The notes below the pieces were generated by a model. The model saw only the letters and a program-made list of their open reading frames with translations. It had not been told where the DNA came from and searched no databases. A DNA stretch of 64,000 nucleotides. Origin: Parcubacteria group bacterium (GTDB lineage: Bacteria > Patescibacteriota > Minisyncoccia > Moranbacterales > UBA11712). The position numbers and the translations under genes are program-made. Of the stretch, positions 28,322-36,585 are shown one piece after another. The stretch lies in contig JBAZXV010000004.1 in assembly GCA_041659685.1 (NCBI GenBank), positions 6,355 to 70,354 on the forward strand, read 5' to 3'. Each line of letters starts with the position of its first letter. The stretch's first letter is position 1.

Positions 28322-29260
28322 ATGGCGAAAAAATCAAATAATTTGGCGATTGCAGTGGATATCGGCGGGACGAATTTGCGGACGGCGATTGTCGACGAAA
28401 AAGGGAAAATAATCGCTAAGACCGTCACAAAAACGATCCAAAAAGGAAAAAACGGACAAGTCGTGGCAGAGCAAGTGATTTTAGAAATAAAAAAGTTAAT
28501 TCTAAGAGCCGAGCTTTTGGAAAGGGTGAAAGGTATCGGAGTGAGTTTTGCTGGTCCGATTGATTATAAAAGAGGTAGCGGCGTGAATCCGCCGAATATG
28601 AATTTTTCTTATGTCCCCTTAGTCGGACCGCTAAAAAAATTATTCAAATTGCCGATTATGATGATCAACGATTGCAACGCGGGTGCGCTTGGAGAAAAAT
28701 ATTTCGGATCGGGAAAGAAATTTTCTAATCTGGTCTATGTCACAATTTCTTCCGGCATTGGCGGGGGAGCGATTATCAACGGAAATTTACTGCTGGGAAA
28801 AGGCGGAAACGCGTCGGAAGTCGGGCATATGACAGTTGAAACTCAATACAATCTGCTTTGCACTTGCAAAAAAGGACGCGGACACTGGGAAGCATATGCT
28901 TCAGGAAACAATATGCCGAAATTTTTCAAAATTTGGGCGAAAAAAAATAACTTAGAAGCGGAGCTTCTAAGCGAGGCAAAAGACATTTTTGAAGCGGCCG
29001 AAAGGAAAGATGGAATAGCTTTGAAATTTATGGATGAACTGGGAAAAATAAATGGCCGGGGATTTTCAAACGTCATTGCCGCTTATGATCCGGAATTAAT
29101 TGTTCTTAGTGGGGCGTTGGCGCTAAATAATGGTAATTTGATGCTTAAATATGCTAAAAATAATATTGATAATTTTTTGGGAACTCCCGAGATTAAGATT
29201 TCCTCTCTGGGCGAAAATGCGCCTTTTCTCGGAGCGGCCGCCTCAATTTTTTCGCTTTAA
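28322..29260 (+). CDS. ROK family sugar kinase (glucokinase-like)
   Basis: VDIGGT, NDCNAGALGE, SSGIGGG, EVGH, CTC.K.G.GHWEAYAS. Confidence 0.92.
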   Translation: MAKKSNNLAIAVDIGGTNLRTAIVDEKGKIIAKTVTKTIQKGKNGQVVAEQVILEIKKLILRAELLERVKGIGVSFAGPIDYKRGSGVNPPNMNFSYVPLVGPLKKLFKLPIMMINDCNAGALGEKYFGSGKKFSNLVYVTISSGIGGGAIINGNLLLGKGGNASEVGHMTVETQYNLLCTCKKGRGHWEAYASGNNMPKFFKIWAKKNNLEAELLSEAKDIFEAAERKDGIALKFMDELGKINGRGFSNVIAAYDPELIVLSGALALNNGNLMLKYAKNNIDNFLGTPEIKISSLGENAPFLGAAASIFSL

Positions 29261-29366
29261 TCAGGCATCCATCTCAAATGATTAAATACTATCGCCATTG
29301 TAGTGGTGGCAGTATTTGACTAGTAAGGGAAAAATGTCGGCGGATATGGCTGTGGATAACCAATGC

Positions 29367-29576
29367 TTGACGAATGGGATATTATCTATTAACATCAATA
29401 CTGTTATGCAAACTGTCTTAGCGAAAAATTCCATCCAGACTCTGCTAGTCCTAGTGCTACTATTCGTCGTGGCGCGTTTTTCGCTGAGCAGAGTGTTTTA
29501 TAAGATCATCAATTAGAAGATTTATATAAACAAAGATTAGAACTCTCCGCCCGGCGCAAAACACGGCGGTTTTTTT
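29367..29576 (+). promoter_or_regulatory. Attenuator 3 (Leu/Val leader)
   Basis: TTGACG-N17-TAACAT; CTTAGCGAAAAA pairs with TTTTTCGCTGAG; AGAGT/ACTCT alternative pairing; CCGCC/GGCGG terminator with T-tract. Confidence 0.75.
29406..29516 (+). CDS. Leader peptide MQTVLAKNSIQTLLVLVLLFVVARFSLSRVFYKIIN
   Basis: CTG CTA GTC CTA GTG CTA CTA cluster; CTA is the typical control codon of leu leaders. Confidence 0.7.
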   Translation: MQTVLAKNSIQTLLVLVLLFVVARFSLSRVFYKIIN

Positions 29577-29616
29577 ATATATCGTCGAAAAAATATCAGG
29601 CCGAAAGGAGGGGAAA

Positions 29617-29784
29617 ATGATAAATTTTTCCAAGACAGGGTGCTTCTGCATCTTATGCCGTCAAGAGATTTGGCGTGCCGCCGGGTGGTATCGATGCAAT
29701 TGTATCGAAGGAAAAAGCTGGAGGATTCCTTTTAGGTGGCTAAGTATGCTTTATTTACCTGGACCTAAACGGGTTTGGATGTGA
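29617..29784 (+). CDS. Small orphan Cys-rich protein (CFCILC...CNC)
   Basis: RBS AGGAGGGG; first ORF after attenuator 3; below the ORF-track cutoff. Confidence 0.45.
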   Translation: MINFSKTGCFCILCRQEIWRAAGWYRCNCIEGKSWRIPFRWLSMLYLPGPKRVWM

Positions 29785-29813
29785 TCTTCGAAAAGGAGTT
29801 AGGGGAGACGAGT

Positions 29814-30260
29814 ATGACGGAGATTGGACAACCGCGCTGCAACACAAAGGATACTGTTCCTTGCCAAGTGAAAATTTTGGAAATCTGCCGCAAGTGCGGC
29901 GGCTTCGAACTCAATCCCGGGATCGTCAAATTTTGCCCGCGATGCCTTCCGGCGTTCGGGAAGCAAGCTGAGTTGAGGCTTGAAACTGACGCTAAAACTC
30001 AAGCGGACGAGCTGTTTTGCGACACCTGCCGGTTTCGTTGCTGGAACCGGAATTACTATTTTTATCGGTCGGTAGTTCAGCGGTTTTTATGCTCAGGAGA
30101 TCATGAAGAGAAAATTACAGTAAAGGGGGAGCGGTGCAAGAGAAAAAAAGGAAGCCGTCGCTGCTCGAATTTGATAGCAGCGGGTAAGTGCCCTGTCGGG
30201 AAGCATAAAAATCCAAATGCCAGGTGCAATTCGAGATTTTCCAAACTAACCTCAGCTTAG
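29814..30260 (+). CDS. Orphan multi-CxxC (zinc-finger-like) protein
   Basis: CRKC, CPRC, CDTC; RBS GGGGAG. Confidence 0.55.
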   Translation: MTEIGQPRCNTKDTVPCQVKILEICRKCGGFELNPGIVKFCPRCLPAFGKQAELRLETDAKTQADELFCDTCRFRCWNRNYYFYRSVVQRFLCSGDHEEKITVKGERCKRKKGSRRCSNLIAAGKCPVGKHKNPNARCNSRFSKLTSA

Positions 30261-30309
30261 ACAGGCAGCGAAAAATCGTGCCCAAGTCGAAATTAACGGG
30301 GAGGCAGAA

Positions 30310-30492
30310 ATGGCTACAGAAGTTTTATGTTCAGCCGCTGAAGGCTCGGAAAATTGCAGGGAGCGATGCAAAGAAGGGAAATGTCCTTATGGGTGTCCGG
30401 AGAGTAGCTGTCCTCCGATCAGGCAAAGACTGGGGCATGTTTCCGTGAGGCCGGCTGCGGTCAACGGACAAAGGTTTTCCGCTCGGGCCTAA
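30310..30492 (+). CDS. Small orphan Cys-rich protein
   Basis: RBS GGGAGG; six Cys in the first 35 aa. Confidence 0.5.
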   Translation: MATEVLCSAAEGSENCRERCKEGKCPYGCPESSCPPIRQRLGHVSVRPAAVNGQRFSARA

Positions 30493-30847
30493 CGTGCGGC
30501 AATAAGCCACGTATTTAAAAGAACCAAAAAGATAAATCGCAGGTCCAAAATTTTCCGGGCATAGCTCATTGTTGCTATGCATCCGGGGGGAGGATCACAG
30601 CGCAACACGCTGTCTCCCTGGGAGTAACCAAACTCCCTTTTTTTGTTGACAAAATATCTTGAGTGTATATCACAAAGGGAGAAAATAAACAAATAGATCC
30701 GCGATATGCCGCAGGAAGGCAAGCTCTTCAATTCAGGAGAGCACAGTGCCAGAATGGGGTCGGGGTTCGAAAGAGCCCTGACCCCATCATCTTAAATCAG
30801 AGTTAAATTTATATGAACAACCAGTATTAACGTCGGTTTTTAGGATT

Positions 30848-30985
30848 ATGAAAATTTATCCAATAACAAAATTATACATTCTGCTATTGCAAAAAAAGCT
30901 GGTTTTTTGCCAAACAAATTGTTTTGCATAGTTTATTTTTAGAACTAACAGAGAAATTTGCCCGGCAAAAAAGTCGGGCATCTTT
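30848..30985 (+). promoter_or_regulatory. Candidate attenuator 4 (leader MKIYPITKLYILLLQKKLVFCQTNCFA, 30848-30931)
   Basis: TTTTTTGCCAAACAAATT can pair with AATTTGCCCGGCAAAAAA; GCCCGGC/GTCGGGC hairpin with a weak T-tract. Confidence 0.4.
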
Positions 30986-31004
30986 AATTCAGAAGGGAGA
31001 AGCA

Positions 31005-31220
31005 ATGCCGATTACAGTTAGAATTATCGCCGAACTTATGAGCGGACAGGAAAAAGGGATTGAGCGCCAGACGTGAGAAGTTTGCCGTCAAAAGAGACCG
31101 ATGTATTTCCAGCATTGTCTGGATGATCTGCAGTCGTTTCTGGAGGAGAAGCTTAGCGAATTTCTCCGCGGCGCGCCGGTAAAGGTGGAAATTCAAACGG
31201 ATTCCAATCTACCCGCATAA
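31005..31220 (+). pseudogene. Orphan ORF interrupted by an in-frame TGA at 31074
   Basis: RBS AAGGGAG; the frame stays open for 47 codons after the TGA. Confidence 0.3.
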
Positions 31221-31391
31221 AAATTTTGCCGGCAGAGCGGGGCTGCAAAGCCAGCCTCACTCAATATCAATTAACTTTGGGAATTTATCTCTCTTTGCGG
31301 AAAACTACGAGATAAGTTCGTCGGATAGATGCTTCTTTTTCTGTTTAGAGGAGCTTCATTCCAAAGAATGATTTCTTATAGAAAAATAATA

Positions 31392-31594
31392 TTGACGAGA
31401 GTGCATTCGGGGATTATGATTTAGTAAGCATGAAACGAAGATCAACGGGAAAAAATTTTGTGAAGATTTGGATTAAGATGCTAGTCAATAGCAACTATAA
31501 TTTCTCGTTGAGTAAAGTATTCTAAATAACAGAAAATAATTTGCCCATAGAATATTTCACCCCGCGAGGAATCAATTCCGGCGGGATTATTTTT
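31392..31594 (+). promoter_or_regulatory. Attenuator 5 (leader MKRRSTGKNFVKIWIKMLVNSNYNFSLSKVF, 31430-31525)
   Basis: TTGACG-N17-TATGAT; TCAACGGGAAA pairs with TTTCTCGTTGA; 31502-31524 pairs with 31548-31570; CCCGC..GGAAT/ATTCC..GCGGG terminator. Confidence 0.65.
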
Positions 31595-31633
31595 GCCCAG
31601 CGAGGCGTCAAAAAAACAAGGAGGCAGCGAACA

Positions 31634-32119
31634 ATGGCGTGTTCAGGTCCTGAAGAAAGCGGCAGTAAGGTGTCCGAGGTAGGAGTAGTTTTATCTCCGA
31701 AAGTATATGGGGAGTGCCACAAGCTTCCCAAAGGGGGAAAATGCAGAAGTGCGGTGAAGCAAACGGCAAGAGGGGTAAAATTTCTGTGTCCCAGCCTTAA
31801 TTGCGGTTATGAATTCTGCCTTTCCAAGCACCCGGGAGCTGTTGGAAAGAGGACCAATGTTCGGAGTATTGGACGGACTATTTTTGGACAAGATTATCAT
31901 AAATATAGTCTTATTTTCCTGACCGGAGCGAAAGAACTGATCGCCGCCGCTCCCAATGAGGAAGTAAAACCTTTGGAACCGAAAAGGACTCTGCGTAATG
32001 TGCACCAAGGTTCAATAGAACCGCCCTGGGGCCGCGCCGAAGTCGCACGGACCGAAGGTTTCCGGCTTATTAACGAAAAAACCGGACCCAACATCATCCA
32101 ACGCCATCCAGAGCGCTGA
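31634..32119 (+). CDS. Orphan Cys-rich protein
   Basis: RBS GGAGG; CH..C, CPSLNC..C; hairpin terminator at 32126-32160. Confidence 0.5.
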   Translation: MACSGPEESGSKVSEVGVVLSPKVYGECHKLPKGGKCRSAVKQTARGVKFLCPSLNCGYEFCLSKHPGAVGKRTNVRSIGRTIFGQDYHKYSLIFLTGAKELIAAAPNEEVKPLEPKRTLRNVHQGSIEPPWGRAEVARTEGFRLINEKTGPNIIQRHPER

Positions 32120-32299
32120 CCAAAGAGAGGGCTGGATAATTGCAAAGCGTCCAGCCCTCCCCATCAAAAAATATGCTGTTAAGCTTGTCTCGAGCGGAGA
32201 TTATAATAATCTGAAATTTTATCCTCCCAGAAGGAACGGACGGTTATCCCGTGCGTAGACTTGGGGAGCTTCATATAAAATGATTGAATGTCCGGAGGC

Positions 32300-32467
32300 T
32301 TGACCAATTTATAATAGCGTGTATAATATATTTCAATGAACAGCAAAACCCGCTTCATAAACATTATCAGCATTATTATTATCCGACCTCAGTTGCCCGG
32401 CGAGTTTTGCGTTTAAGTCAAATTTCTTGAATTCAGAACCGGCTCGGCAACAACGAGTCGGTTTTTT
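32300..32467 (+). promoter_or_regulatory. Attenuator 6 (Ile leader)
   Basis: TTGACC-N16-TATAAT; GTTGCCCGGCGAGTTTTG pairs with CAGAACCGGCTCGGCAAC; AACCGGCTCG/CGAGTCGGTT terminator with T-tract. Confidence 0.85.
32336..32416 (+). CDS. Ile leader peptide MNSKTRFINIISIIIIRPQLPGEFCV
   Basis: 7 Ile in 9 codons. Confidence 0.82.
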   Translation: MNSKTRFINIISIIIIRPQLPGEFCV

Positions 32468-32523
32468 GTTCCTTGTCACATAGCACAAAAAAATAATCAT
32501 AAAATCATAGTGAGGAAATATTT

Positions 32524-32850
32524 ATGTCTAGAGGATTTGAGATTGGCGGAGTGGTGTTTTACCGAGGCTGCCAGCAAATTCAGGATTTTTTTCAAGAGTT
32601 GGCCGAAGTTTTCGGGGTGGGATGCTCAAAAAGCTTTGGGGAATGTATGGCGCAGAACGAAGATTTATTGCGCGCATTTCTCGAAAGTTTTGGGTTCAAA
32701 GGGAACCATGAGAGAACCACTTTCTGTGAAAAGTCCGGATGCTCTCTGAATGGCGATTGTCCCGCTACAAATTGGGATAAAGTCAAAGTATGGAAAATTC
32801 CTCCCGAAGCTCGGCTGAACGGCGGGCGTTCCGGGAGCCTCTTGTGCTAA
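32524..32850 (+). CDS. Orphan Cys-rich protein
   Basis: RBS GAGG; seven Cys; lies between two Ile attenuators. Confidence 0.55.
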   Translation: MSRGFEIGGVVFYRGCQQIQDFFQELAEVFGVGCSKSFGECMAQNEDLLRAFLESFGFKGNHERTTFCEKSGCSLNGDCPATNWDKVKVWKIPPEARLNGGRSGSLLC

Positions 32851-32932
32851 GAAAATTGGGGAGACGCCAATATGCGCCTCCCCCCAACCAAAAAATTATT
32901 AATTTCACATAACTAATCCATAAATAATTCAA

Positions 32933-33060
32933 ATGAAAAGCCCGAGTCGTTCAAAAAATATTATTGGCATTATTCAACCGGCCGAGATTGTCGGGTTAGT
33001 TTTGTAATATATAAATTAAGATCCGCTTACAAAACCGACCTGATAATGGGTCGGTTTTTG
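32933..33060 (+). promoter_or_regulatory. Attenuator 7 (Ile leader MKSPSRSKNIIGIIQPAEIVGLVL, 32933-33007)
   Basis: ATT ATT GGC ATT ATT; 32987-33007 is near-complementary to 33027-33047; AAAACCGACC/GGTCGGTTTT terminator. Confidence 0.82.
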
Positions 33061-33126
33061 CTTTAAAAAAGCAGCGGTTCTTTGAAAAACATGAAAGCGG
33101 AAAAAATCAAAAAAAAGGAGTCGGAA

Positions 33127-34674
33127 ATGTTCAAAAGAGAAAGAGTGGAAATAATGGACACGACGCTTCGGGACGGGGAGCAAATATCGCACGGCAGTTT
33201 TTCGCCGGAATGGAAGCCCCGGATCGTAAAAGCGCTTTTTGAAGCTGGTGTGGATCGGGTCGAGGTCTGTTCGGCGCGAGGCCATTCAAAAAAAGAGCAA
33301 AAAATGCTTGCCGAAGTCATGAAATGGGCAGCCGATAAGTGTCTCGATCGTCATGTCGAAGTCCTGACTTTCCTGGACGGGACAAAATCGGTTGATTGGG
33401 TCCGGCAAGCCGGCGGAAAGACAATAAACCTTCTTGCCAAAGGTTCTCAGCTCCACGCTCGGGAGCAACTGGGACATAATGTCAAAAGGCATCTCGAAAA
33501 AATTACCGAATCCGCGGGTTATGCCGCAGCTTGCGGAATTGAAGTCAATCTTTATCTTGAAGACTGGTCTCAGGGGATGATGGATTCTCCCGGTTTTATT
33601 GAGCAGCTATTGAACGGGATAGCAGATTTGCCTATCCGGCGCATAATGCTTTGCGACACGATGGGGGTTTTGAATCCGTGGAAGACGGAAAACATGGTTC
33701 TTAGGATGATGAAATGGCAGCTGCATTTCCACTATGATTTTCATGGGCATAATGACTATGGTTTGGCGGTTGCGAACAGTCTGGCGGCCGTGAAAGCGGG
33801 CGCGAAGGGAATACATGCGACTGTCAATGGACTCGGAGAACGGACAGGAAACGCTCCACTCGACGAAATCACTCTTGGAATCCGGGATCAACTTTCTGAC
33901 TATCGTACAGACATCAGAATTACTCATCTTCGCGGCCTCGGCCGCAATGTCGCCTTGATGTCGGGGCGGCGGATGCCTCCCAACAAACCCATGACCGGGA
34001 GCGAATGTTTCTCAAATACCGCCGGAGTTCACGCGGATGGAAATCGAAAAAAAAGCCTTTATGCGCATCGTTGGCTGAGGCCGGAAGATTTTGGATCCAG
34101 AATCCGTCATTCGATGGGAAAACTTTCCGGAAAATCCAATATCCTTTTTAATCTTGAAAGGCTTGAGTGGAAACTTTCCGATGAGCAAGTTAATGCCGTC
34201 CTTCTTCGTACGGTTCGACTTTCCGATGAGGGAAAAGCTATAACGCTTGGAGATCTTCCCTTTGTCGTGGCGTCGGTTCTTAATCAGCCGGAATTAATTG
34301 TATTTGAGGTTGTTTCAGCTGAAACTTGCTCGCGTACTGCCCGAAAAGCAACGACCAAAGCGAAAATCAAATATCGCGGCGAAGAGCATGAACTGGAAGC
34401 GGATGGTGACGGGGGATTTGACGCGTTTATGAACGCCCTTGCGCTGTGGGCGAAAAAATCTCAATCCCTAAAAATTCCCGATCTTCTGGACTACTCCGTC
34501 AATATTCCGCCCGGAGGAAAATCTTCGGCTCTGGTTCACGTGACAATTGAGTGGGAGGTTTCCGGAAAAATAGGAAAATTTGCTACTTCCGGAGTGCATT
34601 GTGATCAGGTGCTGGCGGCTATTGAGGCGGCATCGCTGGCGGTGAATTTGTGCAACTGCGGCAGAAAAAGGTGA
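33127..34674 (+). CDS. cimA: Citramalate synthase (LeuA/CimA family)
   Basis: MDTTLRDGEQ, YLEDWS.GM, HGHNDYGLAVAN, NGLGERTGNA, AGVHADG, C-terminal regulatory domain; Leptospira-type CimA pattern; preceded by Ile leaders; RBS AAGGAG. Confidence 0.8.
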   Translation: MFKRERVEIMDTTLRDGEQISHGSFSPEWKPRIVKALFEAGVDRVEVCSARGHSKKEQKMLAEVMKWAADKCLDRHVEVLTFLDGTKSVDWVRQAGGKTINLLAKGSQLHAREQLGHNVKRHLEKITESAGYAAACGIEVNLYLEDWSQGMMDSPGFIEQLLNGIADLPIRRIMLCDTMGVLNPWKTENMVLRMMKWQLHFHYDFHGHNDYGLAVANSLAAVKAGAKGIHATVNGLGERTGNAPLDEITLGIRDQLSDYRTDIRITHLRGLGRNVALMSGRRMPPNKPMTGSECFSNTAGVHADGNRKKSLYAHRWLRPEDFGSRIRHSMGKLSGKSNILFNLERLEWKLSDEQVNAVLLRTVRLSDEGKAITLGDLPFVVASVLNQPELIVFEVVSAETCSRTARKATTKAKIKYRGEEHELEADGDGGFDAFMNALALWAKKSQSLKIPDLLDYSVNIPPGGKSSALVHVTIEWEVSGKIGKFATSGVHCDQVLAAIEAASLAVNLCNCGRKR

Positions 34675-34775
34675 AAAATTCAGCTAATCAAAGGGGAGGC
34701 GCCCGCGCGGCATCTTCCCTTTTTCATTTTAGTGTAGTAGATTTTTAAAAGACTATTTAAGGGAGGAATGGGCCT

Positions 34776-34964
34776 GTGGCAATAAAAGTGAAAAGATGTA
34801 CGCCATTTTTTCCAAAGAAATGCCCGATTTTTAGTGAAATAGTTATTCTGAATCCCGGCAAGGGCAGCTTGATTGCCGGCTATATCGAGAAATTGTTAAG
34901 AGTTCAGGTAGGCACGGAGGCCTGCTGTATCTGCGGAGAGGCTTCTCAGTGCAAGGCAATATAA
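34776..34964 (+). CDS. Small orphan Cys-rich protein
   Basis: RBS GGGAGG; CCIC motif. Confidence 0.4.
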   Translation: MAIKVKRCTPFFPKKCPIFSEIVILNPGKGSLIAGYIEKLLRVQVGTEACCICGEASQCKAI

Positions 34965-35066
34965 AAGCCGCGCAGAGTCAGGGGCGGGAGAAGACTGGCG
35001 CGTCTTCCCCTCGAATTTTTTTTGTGATAGATTAAAAATAGAGTTAATAAAAATTAAAGTAAAAAT

Positions 35067-35246
35067 ATGGGACTAAAAAGCGAAATTAACGAACAAGTTG
35101 GTAAATTGTCCAGCAAACTCAGTGAAATTCATGCGATTGCATCTCAACTTGACGGAATTGCGTCGAAAATGAATAGTATTGAAACCGAACTTACGGAAAC
35201 TATCTCAAATATCAAAACAAAAGCCGATCATATTAAGGAAGATTAA
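35067..35246 (+). CDS. Small coiled-coil protein (59 aa)
   Basis: MGLKSEINEQVGKLSSKLSEIH...; heptad pattern. Confidence 0.5.
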   Translation: MGLKSEINEQVGKLSSKLSEIHAIASQLDGIASKMNSIETELTETISNIKTKADHIKED

Positions 35247-35331
35247 TTTTATTTTTCTTGTTGGCATCTGATGTTTATTGAGATAGGATCTTATCTCAAT
35301 ATTTACGCAGGAAAATGTGGTTAAAACATAG

Positions 35332-35402
35332 CGGGCTGTAGTATAGTGGTAGTACGCGAGGCTGGGGGTCTTGTAGCCCGGGTTCGATTCCCGGCAGCCC
35401 GA
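35332..35402 (+). tRNA. tRNA-Pro(GGG)
   Basis: CGGGCTG/CAGCCCG acceptor stem, TAGTGGTA D-loop, anticodon loop CTGGGGG, GGTTCGATTCC T-arm; CCA not encoded. Confidence 0.93.
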
Positions 35403-35417
35403 ATTTTAATACAAAAA

Positions 35418-35981
35418 ATGGCTATATTTTATCTAATCATAGTTTTGTTTGTCGGCGCCTTTATCTTATTTTTTTCTTTTTCTTATCTTGTTTCTCTCCA
35501 CCGGCTTACGAGAGGAGGCGCTCCTTTTGTCCCGGTTCCGAATTCAGTGCTTCCGGAGATAACCAACGCGCTGGAAATCAAAGAAAGAAGCGTGGTGTAT
35601 GATCTCGGTTGCGGAGACGGGAAAGTCCTGGCCGCCTGCTATAATATTCAACCGCTCGCGAATTACGTGGGATATGAAATCAGCCTGGCCGTGTTTCTTC
35701 TTGCCTGGATAAGAAACCGCAAGTCCGGAAGGTCGCGAAAAACAAAAATATTCAGAAAAAATTTTTTTCGGGAGGATCTCTCGAAAGCAACTCACGTTTT
35801 CACTTATCTTCTTCCGCGTCAAATGAAGGAATTGGAAATAAAGTTTGAGAAAGAATTCGCTCCGGGAACGCGCCTTGTCTCCTGCACTTTTCCTCTTGAG
35901 AACAGAAAGCCGGAAAAAGTAATCCTTCTTAACAGGTCAAAATTTTCGATTGCCAGCAAGCTTTATGTGTATGATTTTTAG
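35418..35981 (+). CDS. Class I SAM-dependent methyltransferase with N-terminal TM helix
   Basis: APFVP, YDLGCGDGK, GYEI, TYL, GTRLVSCTF. Confidence 0.88.
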   Translation: MAIFYLIIVLFVGAFILFFSFSYLVSLHRLTRGGAPFVPVPNSVLPEITNALEIKERSVVYDLGCGDGKVLAACYNIQPLANYVGYEISLAVFLLAWIRNRKSGRSRKTKIFRKNFFREDLSKATHVFTYLLPRQMKELEIKFEKEFAPGTRLVSCTFPLENRKPEKVILLNRSKFSIASKLYVYDF

Positions 35982-35995
35982 CGGTTACAATTCCT

Positions 35996-36553
35996 ATGCC
36001 GAATATATTCCTCATACATGGTGCATATGGCGATCCTGAAGAAAACTGGTTTCCATGGATAAAAAGCGAACTTGAAAAGAGAGGATTGGGGGTTTATGTT
36101 CCGAAATTTCCGACTCCTGAAAATCAGACGCTTGAAAATTGGTTGGCAGTTTTTGAGAGCTGCGAAAAATATGTCAATAAAGACTCGATTTTCATCGGAC
36201 ACAGCCTCGGTTTGGCTTTTATTCTGAATTTACTGGAAAAATCAGACAGATTGATAAAGGCGGCATTTCTCGTGGCCGGATTCGTTGGATATTTGGGTAA
36301 TCCGAAATTTGATGAGATAAACAAAACATTCGTCGACAAAAAATTTGATTGGGAAAAAATAAAGAAAAATTGCCAAAAGTTTTATATTTTTTATTCCGAT
36401 AACGATCCCTATGTTCCGGCAGAAAAATCCAGGGAGGCAGTGCGGAGACTGGAGGCGGAATCGATTTTCGTTAAAGGAGCCGGGCATTTCAATAAAGATT
36501 GCGGCTATGATAAATTTGAGTTGCTGCTCGATGTTTTGAAAAAAGAATTTTAA
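35996..36553 (+). CDS. Alpha/beta hydrolase (RBBP9/YdeN family)
   Basis: IHG, NWFPW, GHSLG, SDNDPYV, AGHFN. Confidence 0.9.
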   Translation: MPNIFLIHGAYGDPEENWFPWIKSELEKRGLGVYVPKFPTPENQTLENWLAVFESCEKYVNKDSIFIGHSLGLAFILNLLEKSDRLIKAAFLVAGFVGYLGNPKFDEINKTFVDKKFDWEKIKKNCQKFYIFYSDNDPYVPAEKSREAVRRLEAESIFVKGAGHFNKDCGYDKFELLLDVLKKEF

Positions 36554-36585
36554 TTTAATAAAAATAATTTCTTAAAGATAAACTT

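Noticed and set aside
30675-30750. Glycine or c-di-GMP riboswitch
   Set aside because: Only scattered words (GGAGA, GAAGG, TCAGG) match; the conserved spacing and stems are missing
31074-31076. Genetic code 25 or selenocysteine read-through
   Set aside because: dgkA, nrdR and nrdG end at TGA at their expected lengths; no convincing SECIS hairpin
35332-35402. tRNA-Pro as an integration site for the accessory region
   Set aside because: No duplicated tRNA 3' end and no integrase seen
35346-35417. N-terminal extension of the methyltransferase
   Set aside because: Overlaps tRNA-Pro; the likely start is ATG 35418
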